Part shown: positions 12,981-25,900 of the stretch, one piece after another | Layout of the letters: each line of letters starts with the position of its first letter | How positions within the stretch are numbered: the first letter of the stretch is position 1 | NCBI RefSeq assembly: GCF_036321535.1 | Contig: NC_087437.1 | Location: forward strand, 76,076,001-76,140,000 | Direction of reading: 5' to 3' | Source: Camelus dromedarius | Lineage: Eukaryota | DNA: 64,000 nucleotides | Translations under genes and position numbers: made by a program | Notes under the pieces: generated by a model | The model's database searches: none | Told to the model about the DNA's origin: nothing | What the model saw: the letters and a program-made list of their open reading frames with translations, nothing else

Positions 12981-15900
12981 GATACTTCTTCATCCATACG
13001 TAGATCGCTCTGGAAGCATTTGGGAAAATGACAAACTCTGTAGTTGTTACATTTTAAAAAATGGGACTAGTTTTAAAGGTTCCTCTTGAGTCCTCTGAAG
13101 ATCAAGGTGCTCAGAAGTAAAACTTATGATGATTACCTTTGTCAGCTTTAACCTGTGATTTTCTTTTTCAAGTGACACACACCATGTACTGCTAAAGTGA
13201 CTCAGTATAGTTTAACTTCACTGTAATTAGCATTATGAGCCTTTAAATCACTGCCTTATCTTGGTAGTTTATAAGGGTTGTATTATTAAATATCCTTGAG
13301 AATATTTAATAATTTTTATATGAGAAATAAATACTAACAGAATCCAGATAAATATTTTATTGGGTGGTTTTCCCCCCTACTCTTTGGATGGTAAGTTAAG
13401 AATTTCACAACTGTAATTTGCTTTATTTATTATTCCCCAAATATCCTGGAGTCCATATATTATACCAACTTTCAAAAATTCTGAGATTCATCTAAGAGGT
13501 ATCACTGCTACCAAACAGCTAGATGGAACCCCAAGTCCTAATTTCTCCTCTATTACTGCCAATCTCACATCCTGGGTGGGATAAAGCAAAGTATGTGGGG
13601 GACAACAGGTACAGGATCTAGAACTAGTCTGTTCATAAAGGTAACAGGAGCTGAACTGTGACAACTACCTAGCTTGTGGAACTCTGTAACTACAGTTCCC
13701 AAACCCTGTCTGGAATGCTCCCTGAACATACTGCAGGCAGAAATTACTGGCCAGATACCTATCACCAAAAAAGATGTAACTCTTCTAAACACAGTTTTCA
13801 ACAGGTTTGGGGTAGGGGGAATGAACAGTTATTCTTATATAAAAGTTGGACTCTGCTACTGCTAAAATGGAGAGAAGCAAACCAGAAGATTTCTTGCAGT
13901 TGCTTCTAGATACTGGATTCGATGAGATATAAATTTGAGTTTGCTAATAAAACTGCACGTTAGAATTAAAAGGGACCTTAGAAATTAGAGTCCAACCCCA
14001 TCAATTTAAAGATCTGTAAAAGTTCACAAGAGGTTGGGTTTAAAATTAAACCTTCTTATTCCCTGTGTTGGTATAGAGTTTAGGACCCTTTTGAGGAAAT
14101 TATTGTAATTAGGATTTTTTTTACTGCATTACAAATCTGAAATTGCTTTAAAGTTGTATTATTAGTAAGACGAATGAGTAAACTGCTATTTTTAAAATTC
14201 AAAATTGCCAGGTTTATTCACAATAAAAGAACAGAAAGAACTCTTAGTTTCTTTCTTTTTCTCCACTATGAAATGAACTAGATCGATACAGGAAAAGCTT
14301 CTAAAGGGCAGTTTTATCCTATTATCCTAATGAAAGAAGTCATTGCAGAATGGAGCAGACAAGAAATGATCTATTTTGAGGGCAACTTACAATTCTCCAG
14401 TTTCCTTGCTATTTGAAAGAATAAATTACCTCAAAGAAAAAGTACATACCAACAAAAAACCTAGCGGCCACAAAATGTAGAAAAGCAAAAACCTGCACTG
14501 AGAGTTTTAACCGAAAATCAATCGATTAGACAAAAATCAGGAACACTGGATGAAGGATTCCGTGGTTTGGGGTCTTTTGCCCCAAACACAACATTAGTCA
14601 GAATGCTCCAGGGCACAGGGAGTTATTTCTGTAAGGCATTACTGACAGCAGATAGCAAGCAATCAGAAAAGTGAAAATCAGGGTCCCCTTACTCACAGCA
14701 TGATAACCTGCATTATTCCTCTTACAGATGCATCACTGGCAAGAGCTGATGAAGAAAAATGAAGGCTGAGAAAGAAAGGGAATGGTGTTTCCTTCACATG
14801 TAATTTTCAGCAAACTTTGATGAGTTTCAATTCTGGATGAGTTTTCCTCCCTCTCCTTCAATTTCGTTTACAAAAAGCATCTTAGTTAGGTTGTTCAAGC
14901 GTGACTTTGCAACTAGCCTAATGTGGGCCCACATTACCACCTTTAACATTCCTTTGCAGCATGCACTTGATTAAATACCCTCTAGTTAAGCAGATCAAGG
15001 TAGCTTTATGCTGATTCCAAGAACAAGAATCTGTCAAGCTGACAAATCAGTGTATTTCCCCTGTCAGATACTGTCCCCTGTCAGGAGGAATTCTTACTTC
15101 ATAAAAGTTGCTTCTCCACTCTGGCAGCCTCCTATCAGTCTATATAAGGACCTGGCTCCTAAAGCTGGTAAATTCTTATTTTCCATTCTCCTATTTCTCT
15201 ACAGATTACACCACTAATCTCTGCTACTGATCTGGCAGGAAGCTGGCTGGAAATCATTTGTAGTGACCCTACCACAGAATTAGAACTGCATTCCTATGAG
15301 AGCCAACTTAATTTCTAAAATACCTTAATCAGTTGCCTGTATTTTAAAACAGCTCATAAAAAAGGAGCGCCACTACCATGGTGCTGCTTTTTTCCCCACT
15401 TTGTCCATAGTCAGAAAAAAAGATGAAAGGCAGGAAGTAGCCTATCAACAAGCAGTCCTCCTTTGAAGACAGATAACAAAATACTGCAGTTAAAAGTATA
15501 TTTGTAATTGCAAAGTTACTCTTCATGAACAAATTCCAAATACGGTATTTGCCTTTGATCTTGGAAAAGCATTTTTCTCACTGTTCATAGCTGACATTGA
15601 TAATTCAGTTAGGCACCCCCACTCCCAACTATGGGAAAAATGTTCCCTGAAATTCAATCATATGAGTTATTAGCTTTTAGTTGTCAGCCTAGAAGTAGCT
15701 GCTTATGCTCTGCCACTGCTGCTGCCTGGGACAGTTCTGCCTGCTATGACGATATGAGAACTTGTCACAGTAACAGCATTCATCTGACCACCTGGCAGAT
15801 CCTCTCTATTCCTTCTGTGTGGTGTCAGACTGTTCTGGAGAGTTATTTAGCATTTCCTTGGACAGCAATTATTGCCTCCATAAAACATGTATTGCAACTA

Positions 15901-18722
15901 TAAGGAAGAAGTTTGAGGGTCTTAAACCTGAACAGAGTTTAAGTTTCATATTTAAAAATGAAACCTATTCTTGACCTTCTACATTTTCTATTACAGCAAA
16001 AGTCTAATGGTAATATGTGGCTTCAATAATGAAACAAACCTATTTTAAAACAGAAAAAATATTCCTAGTGTCTCCAGGGTCCATTTTAAGCAATTAGGAG
16101 AGATAAACACTTCAGCATCGTATCATCATTTATTCAAAAATATTTCCTTAACTTTGATAGCTATTGGTTGTGGATCTTTTAATTATAAACAGGAAACAAG
16201 AGACATTAACATGGTAAAATTATGGGGGAAGCTCTTATCTTTGGTAACTAATAGTCCTTGAAGTTCAGTTAGCAGAGAAAAACAATAGTGTCTAACTGAA
16301 CCCTAAAGAAGGTTTGTAATCCTAGGTTAAAAGCCCCCATTACAACAATAGAATTTTTCCAAACAATAAGAAAAAGAACACCTTCCATGGAAAAGAACTA
16401 TGCTTTTAAAGTGCGCACACACACACATATACACACATATTCTCAAAATGCAGAGCTGATATATTGATAGAAACTATAGAATTGCTATCTGAACTTGGAT
16501 AGCATTCCATGCTCTCACAAAATATGATTTTGTTTGAACATGACCTCAAAAGCCAAATCTAACTTTTGACACTCATCCATAAAGTCAGCACTCAGTATAT
16601 TCTTGACTGATAGCCTGATAGCTTAGCTTTGAAAGTAGCATTAACCACCTAAGCATGTGCACACACAGTGACTCACAGTATCTGCAGTAACATCCTAGGA
16701 AGCATAATTAAAGAATGATAATCAAGTGTCATCCTATCTGTCGGCATCAGGCAAATGTCATCAATAAGTCCTTACAATATCCTAGCAAAACAGCTATTTC
16801 CTTTTCCCTTGAAAAGAAAAATTTGCATCCCATCTTTATCAAATGGCAGTGATTTTACAGATGTACAGGGGATACATAAAGAAGCATACATTTCTAAACT
16901 ATATGTGCACCTCCACAGTACATCAAGCCCTGAATCCCATTGTCTTTGTGAAATACAAATAAAACACCATTTAAATAGGGAGAAAACTCTTAACAAGAAA
17001 GGGCAGAGGAATTAGATAATAAAATCAAGAAATAAAAAAACAATCTTTCCTGAAATGTATGTACAATAACATTTATACTCCTTGATTCTAATTTAGAAGA
17101 AAACAAACCGTAAAACTGTATCTATGCCTAGAAAAAAACATTGGAATAATAAACATCAAAATGTTTTGTTCACAATGGATATGGAATGGTATATGCATCG
17201 AGGGTGACTTCCATTTTTGTCTTCATGCTTTTCAGTGTTTTTGACATGTATTATTTTATTAGCAAGAAAGAAAGCCAATAAGGTATTTTAAAATCAAATA
17301 TTTTAAATGTAATTTAATAGAGAACAAAGTACCAGGATTCAGAGGGACCAAATCAATATGCTGCAGTGGAAAGTCATTTTCTCTTTCTGATCCTGTGACA
17401 TCTTTTCAACACTTGCTCAAAATTAACTGCTTCACTACATAATGACTGCAACTACAGCAAATGGGCCTTTTTGTCTGTAATTCAATTATTGTAGAAGGTT
17501 CTATAGTTTAAATATTAAGAAGTGAAGCATATATTTGACTATATACAGAGAAATAAAGCAGACTCTCAACATATCATATGCTAATTAAGAGTGAATTTAA
17601 AAATCCCATTGTCTATTTATACCAGAGGCAACCTAGCTTATAAGCCAATACTCTGGGTCTAGTGGGAGAGTAGAGACATAGTTCTGTCTCATTTTCAGGT
17701 AACTTAAGTGATTTCCATACTATGATCAAAGGCCAGAGCTGGTTTGCTAGAATGTATTCCTTGGGTCCCACAGTATTTTTTTACACAGCTACTGCGACAT
17801 TATCACCTTGAATAGAAGTTTTCATGTTTGCAGATTTGTCTTCCACACTTGACTGAAGCATATTTACTACAAAGAATGCATGCAATAAATGATAAAGGAA
17901 TGAATGCACTGTCTTAGAAATAGCTAAATTTGGAGACAAATATCAGAGATGGCTCAAGAAATCATGGTGGATCATCAGTAATCTCAATAACAAAACACTG
18001 AAAGAAAGCAAGTAATTGTTCCTTCTTTATGAAAGGTTTCTAGCAAGTTAAGGCTTCTTTCCTTCAACCACTACTCACCCCCTATCCATGTTCCTAACAT
18101 CTGCATGAATTTATTCAACATCTGCTTTTAAAAACAGAGGAACAAAATTAGTTTTATATGTACTACATTTACAAAACCTGATTTTTCCCCCTCATTAACT
18201 ATAAATTATATTTTGGATTTCATTGCACTGCACCAATATAAAGAATGCTGAATATGTGTCATTTTACCTTGCATTTGATTACATTATCAGTAGCTGCTGA
18301 GGACCTGTTTTAGCTATAGGTGCAGCCTCCTCGGTGATCTAGACTGACTTTCAGAGTCAGCAGGTGTTAGATTTGGGGAATTTGTATCTACAGCCACCCT
18401 GTGGCTAGCGTTGCTCTGAGACTGGGAAATAAAATTTACTCTCAGTTAAACAACTGAGTAAAACCATCCACAAGATAATTTAACTTAATAAAATAGCAAG
18501 CATAGAAACTTCCAGAATTTCTGCAGGATTACAGTTCCACCCACCTTATTTATGTATGTGGCATGCATCCTCAGAGCCTGAAGAGCAGAAACTTCCAATT
18601 ATTTACCTGGCTTTGCTCAACTTAAACGAATATCCTTTACTCTAAATCAGCATTTCTTAGTGAATATGCTTGTGGCACTTTGGGTGGGGCAGTTCTTTAG
18701 CAGGCAAGAGTGTTTCACTCAC

Positions 18723-18735
18723 TGCTGAGTCAGCA
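18723..18735. promoter_or_regulatory. Perfect T-MARE (Maf recognition element) containing AP-1/ARE cores
   Basis: TGCTGAGTCAGCA is the exact reverse complement of TGCTGACTCAGCA. Confidence 0.5.
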
Positions 18736-21019
18736 AACACCTCAGCTCCTTCCCCATCCTTTCATCCCCAACCCTCAGTCTCAGGTGGTAGTATTCCCCA
18801 GCCACTGAGATACACAATGCCCCACAAATTTCCAAACACTCCCTGGGAATTGAGAATTATTGTTTTAAATAAACCCAATATATAAAAATTCACATTTTGA
18901 AGCTAATTTAATTAAAACTCTTCCCCCAAAACAAGCGTCATAGGGCTTTCCCCTCAATGAGGACATTCATCCATCAACCCACTCCCACCCCTCCCGTTTC
19001 AGGAATATGTGAGGCTCACCCATACTATACTCTTAAGGTATCCTTGGTCAGCTTAAATATTTTCTATGTAACCCCTGATCACTTACCCTTATGTCATAAA
19101 ACATCTGTCAGTTAATATTTCTATGTCTATTTGTGCTGATTACATATGAGCTATCTAAATTGACTTAACCTTGTCAAAACAGGTTTCTAAAGCATTACTT
19201 ATTCGTATTACGATGATGCTTCCACTAGTCAGTTATTTGAAGTGCAACAAAGACCCAATTTGTTCACTTAATGAAAAGTTATCTGGAATTGTACATTTGT
19301 ACTTTTTTTTAATTCTAAGAACTGAATAGTCACTGAGTGTGGAAGTTGAAGCACGAGGGCCTCCCTTATCTACATGTGCAGCAGGTCCTATAGGACCGTC
19401 AACTGCTGAAGAGGCTTTTTAAAAATTGGTATAACAAGACCTGGTAATTCAATAGAATCTCAAATGGTCTCCTATAAATATTACATAAATAGTGGTTTTA
19501 GTAGTTTCTGATAAACACCGAGCCTCCTCGTCAGGTTCAGCAAGGTCTAAAGTTTTCATAATTTGCTCTGTCGCCGAAGTCAAGCCAATCAACATTCTCA
19601 TTTCATCCGAAAACCAGTTCACCCTTGCTTTTTGTGTGCCCACCACCACTTGCACTCCTTGGTCTCTTTTTAGCAATCTTGGGCTTCTGAAATCCCATTT
19701 GGATTTCAGGATATTCTGCCTTGGGAAGAGATACTCTTGAGACGGTAAATGACGTTAAATGAGTCTGCTCTAGTTAAAACAGGGAAGAATGGTGTATTCA
19801 CATTTCTGCCACCCTTCAACTCTGCCCTGCAAAAAACTTTTCCAGACCTTCCTAAGAACCAAACAGTCCCATGTGATCAATGAGCAAGTCTGGCCTCTTC
19901 TGCTCTCCATCATCCAAAAATCAGACTCATCAGTGCCCACAAACCTTATGGGCACATTAATACTTATGGGCTCAGTAGGAAGCATCTGAAATCCTAAATT
20001 ACTTTCTGTTACACATTTTTTCCTCCCAGTCTTCCTTGATCCCTGGGACTCAGACCCAACTTTCTAACTGCAGCTGTTCACTGCTACCAGACTTTCTGCT
20101 TTAAAATGTCTGTGCTGATTCTTCCCAGGCTGTCATAGTCTGGGCTGTTTCAATGAGACAAGGAGCATCAAGCAATATATAATAAATTAACACATTTTAA
20201 AAAATGGTTTTGTGAGTCATTTTCAATGACTGACTCTTTGTGGAGGAATTTTAAGTACATGGTAACAAGGTAAGAGGGGCTTTTACAAATTCACCTCAGG
20301 ACAAGTTCAGAGGGAAGAGAAATGCTGGACTATACTAACATCTCCTTGTTTTTGTTTGTTTGCTTATTCATTTGTTTTATTTTTTTTCATTTTATAAAGA
20401 CACAAAGTAAGTAACCAAGCACTATTACAGAAATCTGTTGCTTTGGGAATCTTTCCAATGCTGCTGGCCACACCTCAGGCACTTCTTAAAGAGGCTACCT
20501 TTTATTTGTCTTGAATGCCCAGTGTGATTTTTGTTCCTGGCACATATTAGTTACTTAATAAATGTTCATGAGCCATGCAGCTTCCTCTGTCAGAGCAGTC
20601 TGCCCTGGACAAAAGCCTGCCCTGAATCAAAGCTCAGAAAATTCCATGAGCCTAAATTTTGGGTAATATACATTAAATTATTACCATGGTCTATAAATTC
20701 CAAACAAGTTAAAAATTAGGTATCTTTGTGTCATCTTCACAAAATAACTCATCTTCTATGTAGCATAATTCTAATCTATATTGAGAACTTTCAACGTCCA
20801 GTATCATATTCAGTAAGAAAATCTGAAGATATTGATACCATTTTTAAAAGAACCACATAAATTTCTAGTATTTTTTTTTTAAACTGAAGCCCTTAAATAC
20901 AGCTTTGAAAGAAATTCATAATTCCACTGCCTAATTCCACTTTGTCTGTATCTATTGCTTCATGTGGTTTGGCAGAAAGGTTAACAGTGTGGATTTTCTT
21001 GCTTTTTCCTAGATTCATA

Positions 21020-21160
21020 GACCTGGATCAATAAACAACTTACTGTGTGACCTATGGCAAGTAACCCAACCTCTCTGTGCCTTGGCATCCTCATCTATAA
21101 AAGGGGGATAATAATAGTTCTACCACATTGTGAGGATTAAACCACTTTGTATGTACATAA
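21020..21160 (+). mobile_element. MIR SINE (target of the adjacent vic-1 SINE)
   Basis: tgtgtgacctatggcaagtaacccaacctctctgtgccttggcatcctcatctataaaagggggataataatag...gtgaggattaa is the MIR core. Confidence 0.85.
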
Positions 21161-21170
21161 ACTAACTTGC

Positions 21171-21330
21171 AGGGGGGAGGGTATAGCTCAGTGGTAGAGC
21201 ACATGCCTAGCAAGCACGAGGTCCTGGGTTCAATCCCCAATACCGTCATCAAAAAAAAAAAAAAAAAAGTAAATAAATTAAAAAAACCTAATTACCTACC
21301 CCCAAAATAAAAAATAATATTTTTAAAAAC
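21171..21330 (+). mobile_element. tRNA-Ala-derived camelid SINE (vic-1 type)
   Basis: ggggagggtatagctcagtggtagagcacatgcctagcaagcacgaggtcctgggttcaatcccc, poly-A linker, cctaattacctacccc; TSD ctaacttgc at 21162-21170 and 21331-21339. Confidence 0.92.
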
Positions 21331-21699
21331 CTAACTTGCTTATAGTGACTGTATATACACCTTGCATAGAGTATGAAAGTTTAGTATAATTATCATTGTT
21401 ATGATTAATCACAGAACATAAACATTCAGATCAATTTGAAATAAACTACAATTAACAACTACTAAATCCTTAACTTCATATTAGTCAGAAAGTAAGAAAT
21501 TCACTCAATATTGAGAACTTACTTATAAACAGATGCTGTGTGCTAGGTTGACCCATGATGCTTTAATACAATGCTTTTATTAGTAAATGTTACAAGTAAA
21601 GGAATACCTCTGCATTTTTAAATTCTAGGGGTAGGAAAAAATCGAGGGAACCCAAAATACAAACAGCGGGAGATTAGTTTAAAAGATTGTTAAAAAGGA

Positions 21700-21940
21700 A
21701 TATTATGAAAATCCTTTTATTGACATGAAAAGATGTTTGAGATAAACTTAAGGTTCATGAGATAAAAGAATATAATTTTTTAAATAAAAATATGTGCCTA
21801 TATATGCGCAGACCAAAAACAAAAGCCTGGAAGAATGAACACTAAATTGTTCACAATATTATCTCTGAATAACAGGATTATGATTGAGTTTTTCTTCTTT
21901 TGGGTAAGTTTTTGGTAAATACAAATACTTTAAAAACCAA
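21700..21940 (+). mobile_element. Old L1 (L1ME-like) 3'-UTR remnant
   Basis: ttattgacatgaaaagatg...aaagcctggaagaatgaacactaaattgtt...attatctctg...ggattatg. Confidence 0.45.
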
Positions 21941-22595
21941 AAGTAAGAAAATACTGAGGTGTACTATAAGCTTTCATAAAGAATAAGCTTTTAAAAAATA
22001 CTAATTGGCTAAATGGAGATTAACCAAACCATTCATAAATTTGTATGCACTAGGTAGAATAAGATTATTAGCATATTAACAATTATCTGAAAAATCAACT
22101 CAAATAGTAAAAATCCTCCACAGAACCAGGCCAGTGCTTCTTAGAACCTTATCTTAAAAAGAACTTTGGAACCACACTAAATATATAATCTATATCTGTT
22201 ACAAGCACCATGTCCTGTTTTTGGCAGAAAAAACATACATTATTTTCTAATTGATAGCTATTCCAATAAAGGATCAGTTTTTCTATGCTTGTCATATTTT
22301 ATATAAAGTTAAGACTTTTAAATGGCTAGGAAAGCAGGCTTCCCCACGTTACTAATACAGGTTACCAGTGTCATGCTGTTTGAGAATGTACCAGGGATGT
22401 GGTAGAAGAAGCATTCCTTACAAAGAGTGGGCAAGTCGACAAAATCGCTGATAAAAACTTTTCCCTTTAGGATTGTTTTACAGTTCATATGAATCCAGAT
22501 ATTCATGAACACCAACATTCAGAGAAAGACATTTTCTGTGTCAATTTTATCCTCTAGTCAAGAATGCTGCAGGGCTGATTCTAAACACAATTATA

Positions 22596-22614
22596 AAGTG
22601 CCACCTAGTGGATG
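22596..22614 (-). promoter_or_regulatory. CTCF-like core motif
   Basis: Minus strand CATCCACTAGGTGGCACTT; the core CCACTAGGTGGCAC fits the CTCF consensus. Motif only; binding unknown. Confidence 0.55.
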
Positions 22615-22678
22615 TTTTTATAAAATTTTTCTGCTTGCATTTAAATGTTATGAAATAATCTTCAGAAAAGCTACTCTG

Positions 22679-22958
22679 GGTAGTCAAAAGGTACAGACTT
22701 CTATTTATAAAATAAATATAAATCCTGGGGATGTAATGTACTGCATGGTGACTATAGTTAATACTACTGGATTGCATATTTGAAAGTTGCTAAGAGAGGG
22801 GGTCTTAAAAGTTCTTACCACAAGAAAAGATTTCTAACTATGTGTGGCAACGGATGCTAACTAGATTTACTGTGGTAAGCATTTATATATATATATATAA
22901 ATATTCATTATGTTGTACACCTGAAAATGTAATATGTCAATTATATCTCAATAAAAAT
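22679..22958 (+). mobile_element. 5'-truncated L1 (L1MA-like) 3' end
   Basis: ggggatgtaatgtactgcatggtgactatagttaatac...tgttgtacacctgaaa...caattatatctcaataaaa; TSD agctactctg at 22669-22678 and 22963-22972. Confidence 0.9.
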
Positions 22959-25900
22959 AGACAGCTACTCTGTATGAGGAAACAGATATTCCTTACAGCA
23001 TTTCCTCACCAATTACTGATCTGAACTAGTAGATAACATATCATTTTTTTCTAAATCACACCTCTGGCTGATAATATTGATTTCATATCTCAAGTTCAAC
23101 CTCTGCCACCACCACAGAGAATAAAAAAGAGCCCAATTATCTCCTACGCGGTCCAGGACGTATAAGGACAGCACACAGAGCTAGAAAGGAGATCCAATTT
23201 AACAAATGTGCTTTCATCATTCACTTCAGATGATGACACTAAAACATTAGCATCATTATATCATGACAGTAATTACTATGACTTCTGGCCTACATTATGA
23301 AAACAAATTCACTTGGTCTAAATAAGCTGTAACTGGTATTTAGAAATAAGCAGGGTTTCCAGCAAAGTCTTTAAAGTAGTATCATGTCCCGGCACATACA
23401 AGCTGCCAAGGCCCTCGTTTATCACTGGGGTGACAGCAACACAAGTTATGACCAATTAAAATGAAACTGATGAAAACAATTCAAGTGAAATAAATACATA
23501 ATCAAGGTAAAGCAGAAGGCTGAGGTATCCAAGTGTTTGTAGTTTTAATCCATGATAATTCAGATAAAAGCTTAGGGCTAAATTTAAACAGATGAAATCC
23601 AAATCTATCTAAATGTTCTTAGTTATAGCCTCAATATTTTGCCTTCAGAAGCAGAGTCCATAAATATCTTTTAAAAGCTGCTAATTATCTAAGTATTTTC
23701 GGATTCCCACATTGTACAACAGAAATGATCGATTCACTTGGAAAGCATTGTACTCACTGATGGAAAGTTTTGACTTACAAAAGAGTTGTCCACAACCAGT
23801 TGTAACTGACATCCTTGGGGAAATTTTGCATGTTTTACTACCATTCCTGAATGTTATATTTAACTTATAGGATAATTTGAGAAGCTACTCTTCTAAAATG
23901 AGATGCTTCATTTTCTAGAGTTGACAGGGACTACAAATCCAAAAATCCAGTCCTTGGATTTGTGTCTTCCAATTTACAGGTGAGGAAAAGCAAGTCAAAG
24001 GTCAGCTGAAGTTCACCGAATGCATTAGTGGCAGAGTTAAGACCCAACTCACTTAATCACAAAATTAGAATCCTTTCCACTATATCCAACTGCTTTTATT
24101 CTTCTCCAAACAGAAATGGAATATTTCCACTAAATTCTTTTTTGGATACTACAGTTTCATTTTTAATCTAAAAGGACCACAGGGTAACTGCCACACAGCT
24201 GTACATGAAAGGCAAATAGGGGTGTTAGAACTGTGAGTTTTTCATTGTCACCGAAGAAAATACAGTGAGACTGGTGCAAAGCAGCGTCTGTGGAGCAATT
24301 GACATCAGTGATTTTGAATTGGCGACGGAGAGACCAGGGAAGAGACCCCCAGTTACTGAAGCGGAAACTGTTACGGTTCACTGAGAGGATAGAAGGATAT
24401 GCTTCTGCTTCCCACCGGTACTGTCCCTCAGCTTTCCATAGCTGGGGAGACATCCTTTTCCTTTCCTTTTCCCAGGTGCTCAAAAAGTGATAGCTGAGAA
24501 ACAGGAGCTCACAGGATGAACAGAAGTGCGCACGCTAACTCGTATTACTTGGGAAAGGCTCTGATTTCCCTCAGAACCACTATCATTCTCTCACTGAGTA
24601 AGCTATACAAACCCATCACACATGCTCTCAGCTCCGAATCAGTTCCAACTTCCAGGGTCTGAAACTCGTATCTGTGCTCTTCCTGTCAGATTTGGGGCAA
24701 CTGACACTTCTATTTAACTTTTAATCTACGGTTTAAAATGTCCTTTCTGTTCCTCCTTTACAACTCATAGGACCCTATTTCTGACACAGTAAATACACAC
24801 ATTTAAGTGAAAGTCTGAAAACTTGGATTCAAATGCCCTAAGTGGGAGCATGCCTTGGCCAAATCACCTAGCCTCTGAATCTCCGGTTGCCTCCACCTGG
24901 CTCTGGAGAGGTCCGTCTAGCTCTAAATTACTCTAAGGCTCTTATTTCTTGAAAACACTCTACAACAGACTTCAGCACAAGCAAAGTTACCCAGCCTGCC
25001 CCTCACACTGTGTCTTCAGCAAAGGCTTTGACGGAAGTCGAGAAGTGTAGTGATAGGACCAAATCTAAAAAGGGGTTCTTTGTAGCGTATAAGTGAATTG
25101 CTTTTGAGACAGTCTCTGTAGACATCTTACTCTGGCTCCTCCTCTATACAAACTGCTGTGGGAGCCTAAGAAAAGCAGCTTTCAAATGTGCAAGTGCACA
25201 GATTGAGTGTTGCTGCCGCCAGGTTGCAACGGCTGCCAGGGGACTGGAGTGAGTCAAAGCAATTCTACACATCGCCGGCCGCAACATCTTCCCCGCACTT
25301 GGCAGCTACACACTGGGATCACTCATCCAGCTAAATGTCAAGAGTCCCAAAGTCATTGCTGGTGCAGAGGGTTCCAGTCTGAAACTTTCAAAACGATAAC
25401 AACTCTTAAATCATTACAAAGGAGATCTTTTATGTTATTATTATAAGCTTGGAATAATTTGTGAAAAATTAAAAGGGTAGTGGGACTCTGACTCAGAAAT
25501 TACACGGTGTGTGTATCTGAGAGAACATTCACATACACCTTTCTGGATCAAAGGCATTACTGGCACTTATTAAAAGAATCAAATAGACTCAACAGGAACC
25601 ATTTTTAATGCTACTTACACAGTATGAGAATTCTCAAGGATATTTACATGTGAATACCTCATTTTCAAGCTCCTCTAACACTTATTTCCAACTTTTAAGG
25701 CAATTACAGATGATTTACCTACAGGCTCTTTTCCCTCGAAAAATGTATCTTCGTGAGTATTATTAAAGGTTTCGGTCAAAATACATCATACGTAAGCTTG
25801 AATGCATTTTATTTTTTCGAAAAGGAGAAGGGTTAACTTTACTTTTATGGTCACACCCCTGTAAAAAGCAGTTCATTTCTTTCTCCAACACAAATCAAAT

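Noticed and set aside
24163..24490. Overlapping 106-aa and 66-aa ORFs
   Set aside because: Non-ATG starts, no recognisable domain and no convincing splice-site pair; better viewed as part of a possible regulatory block.
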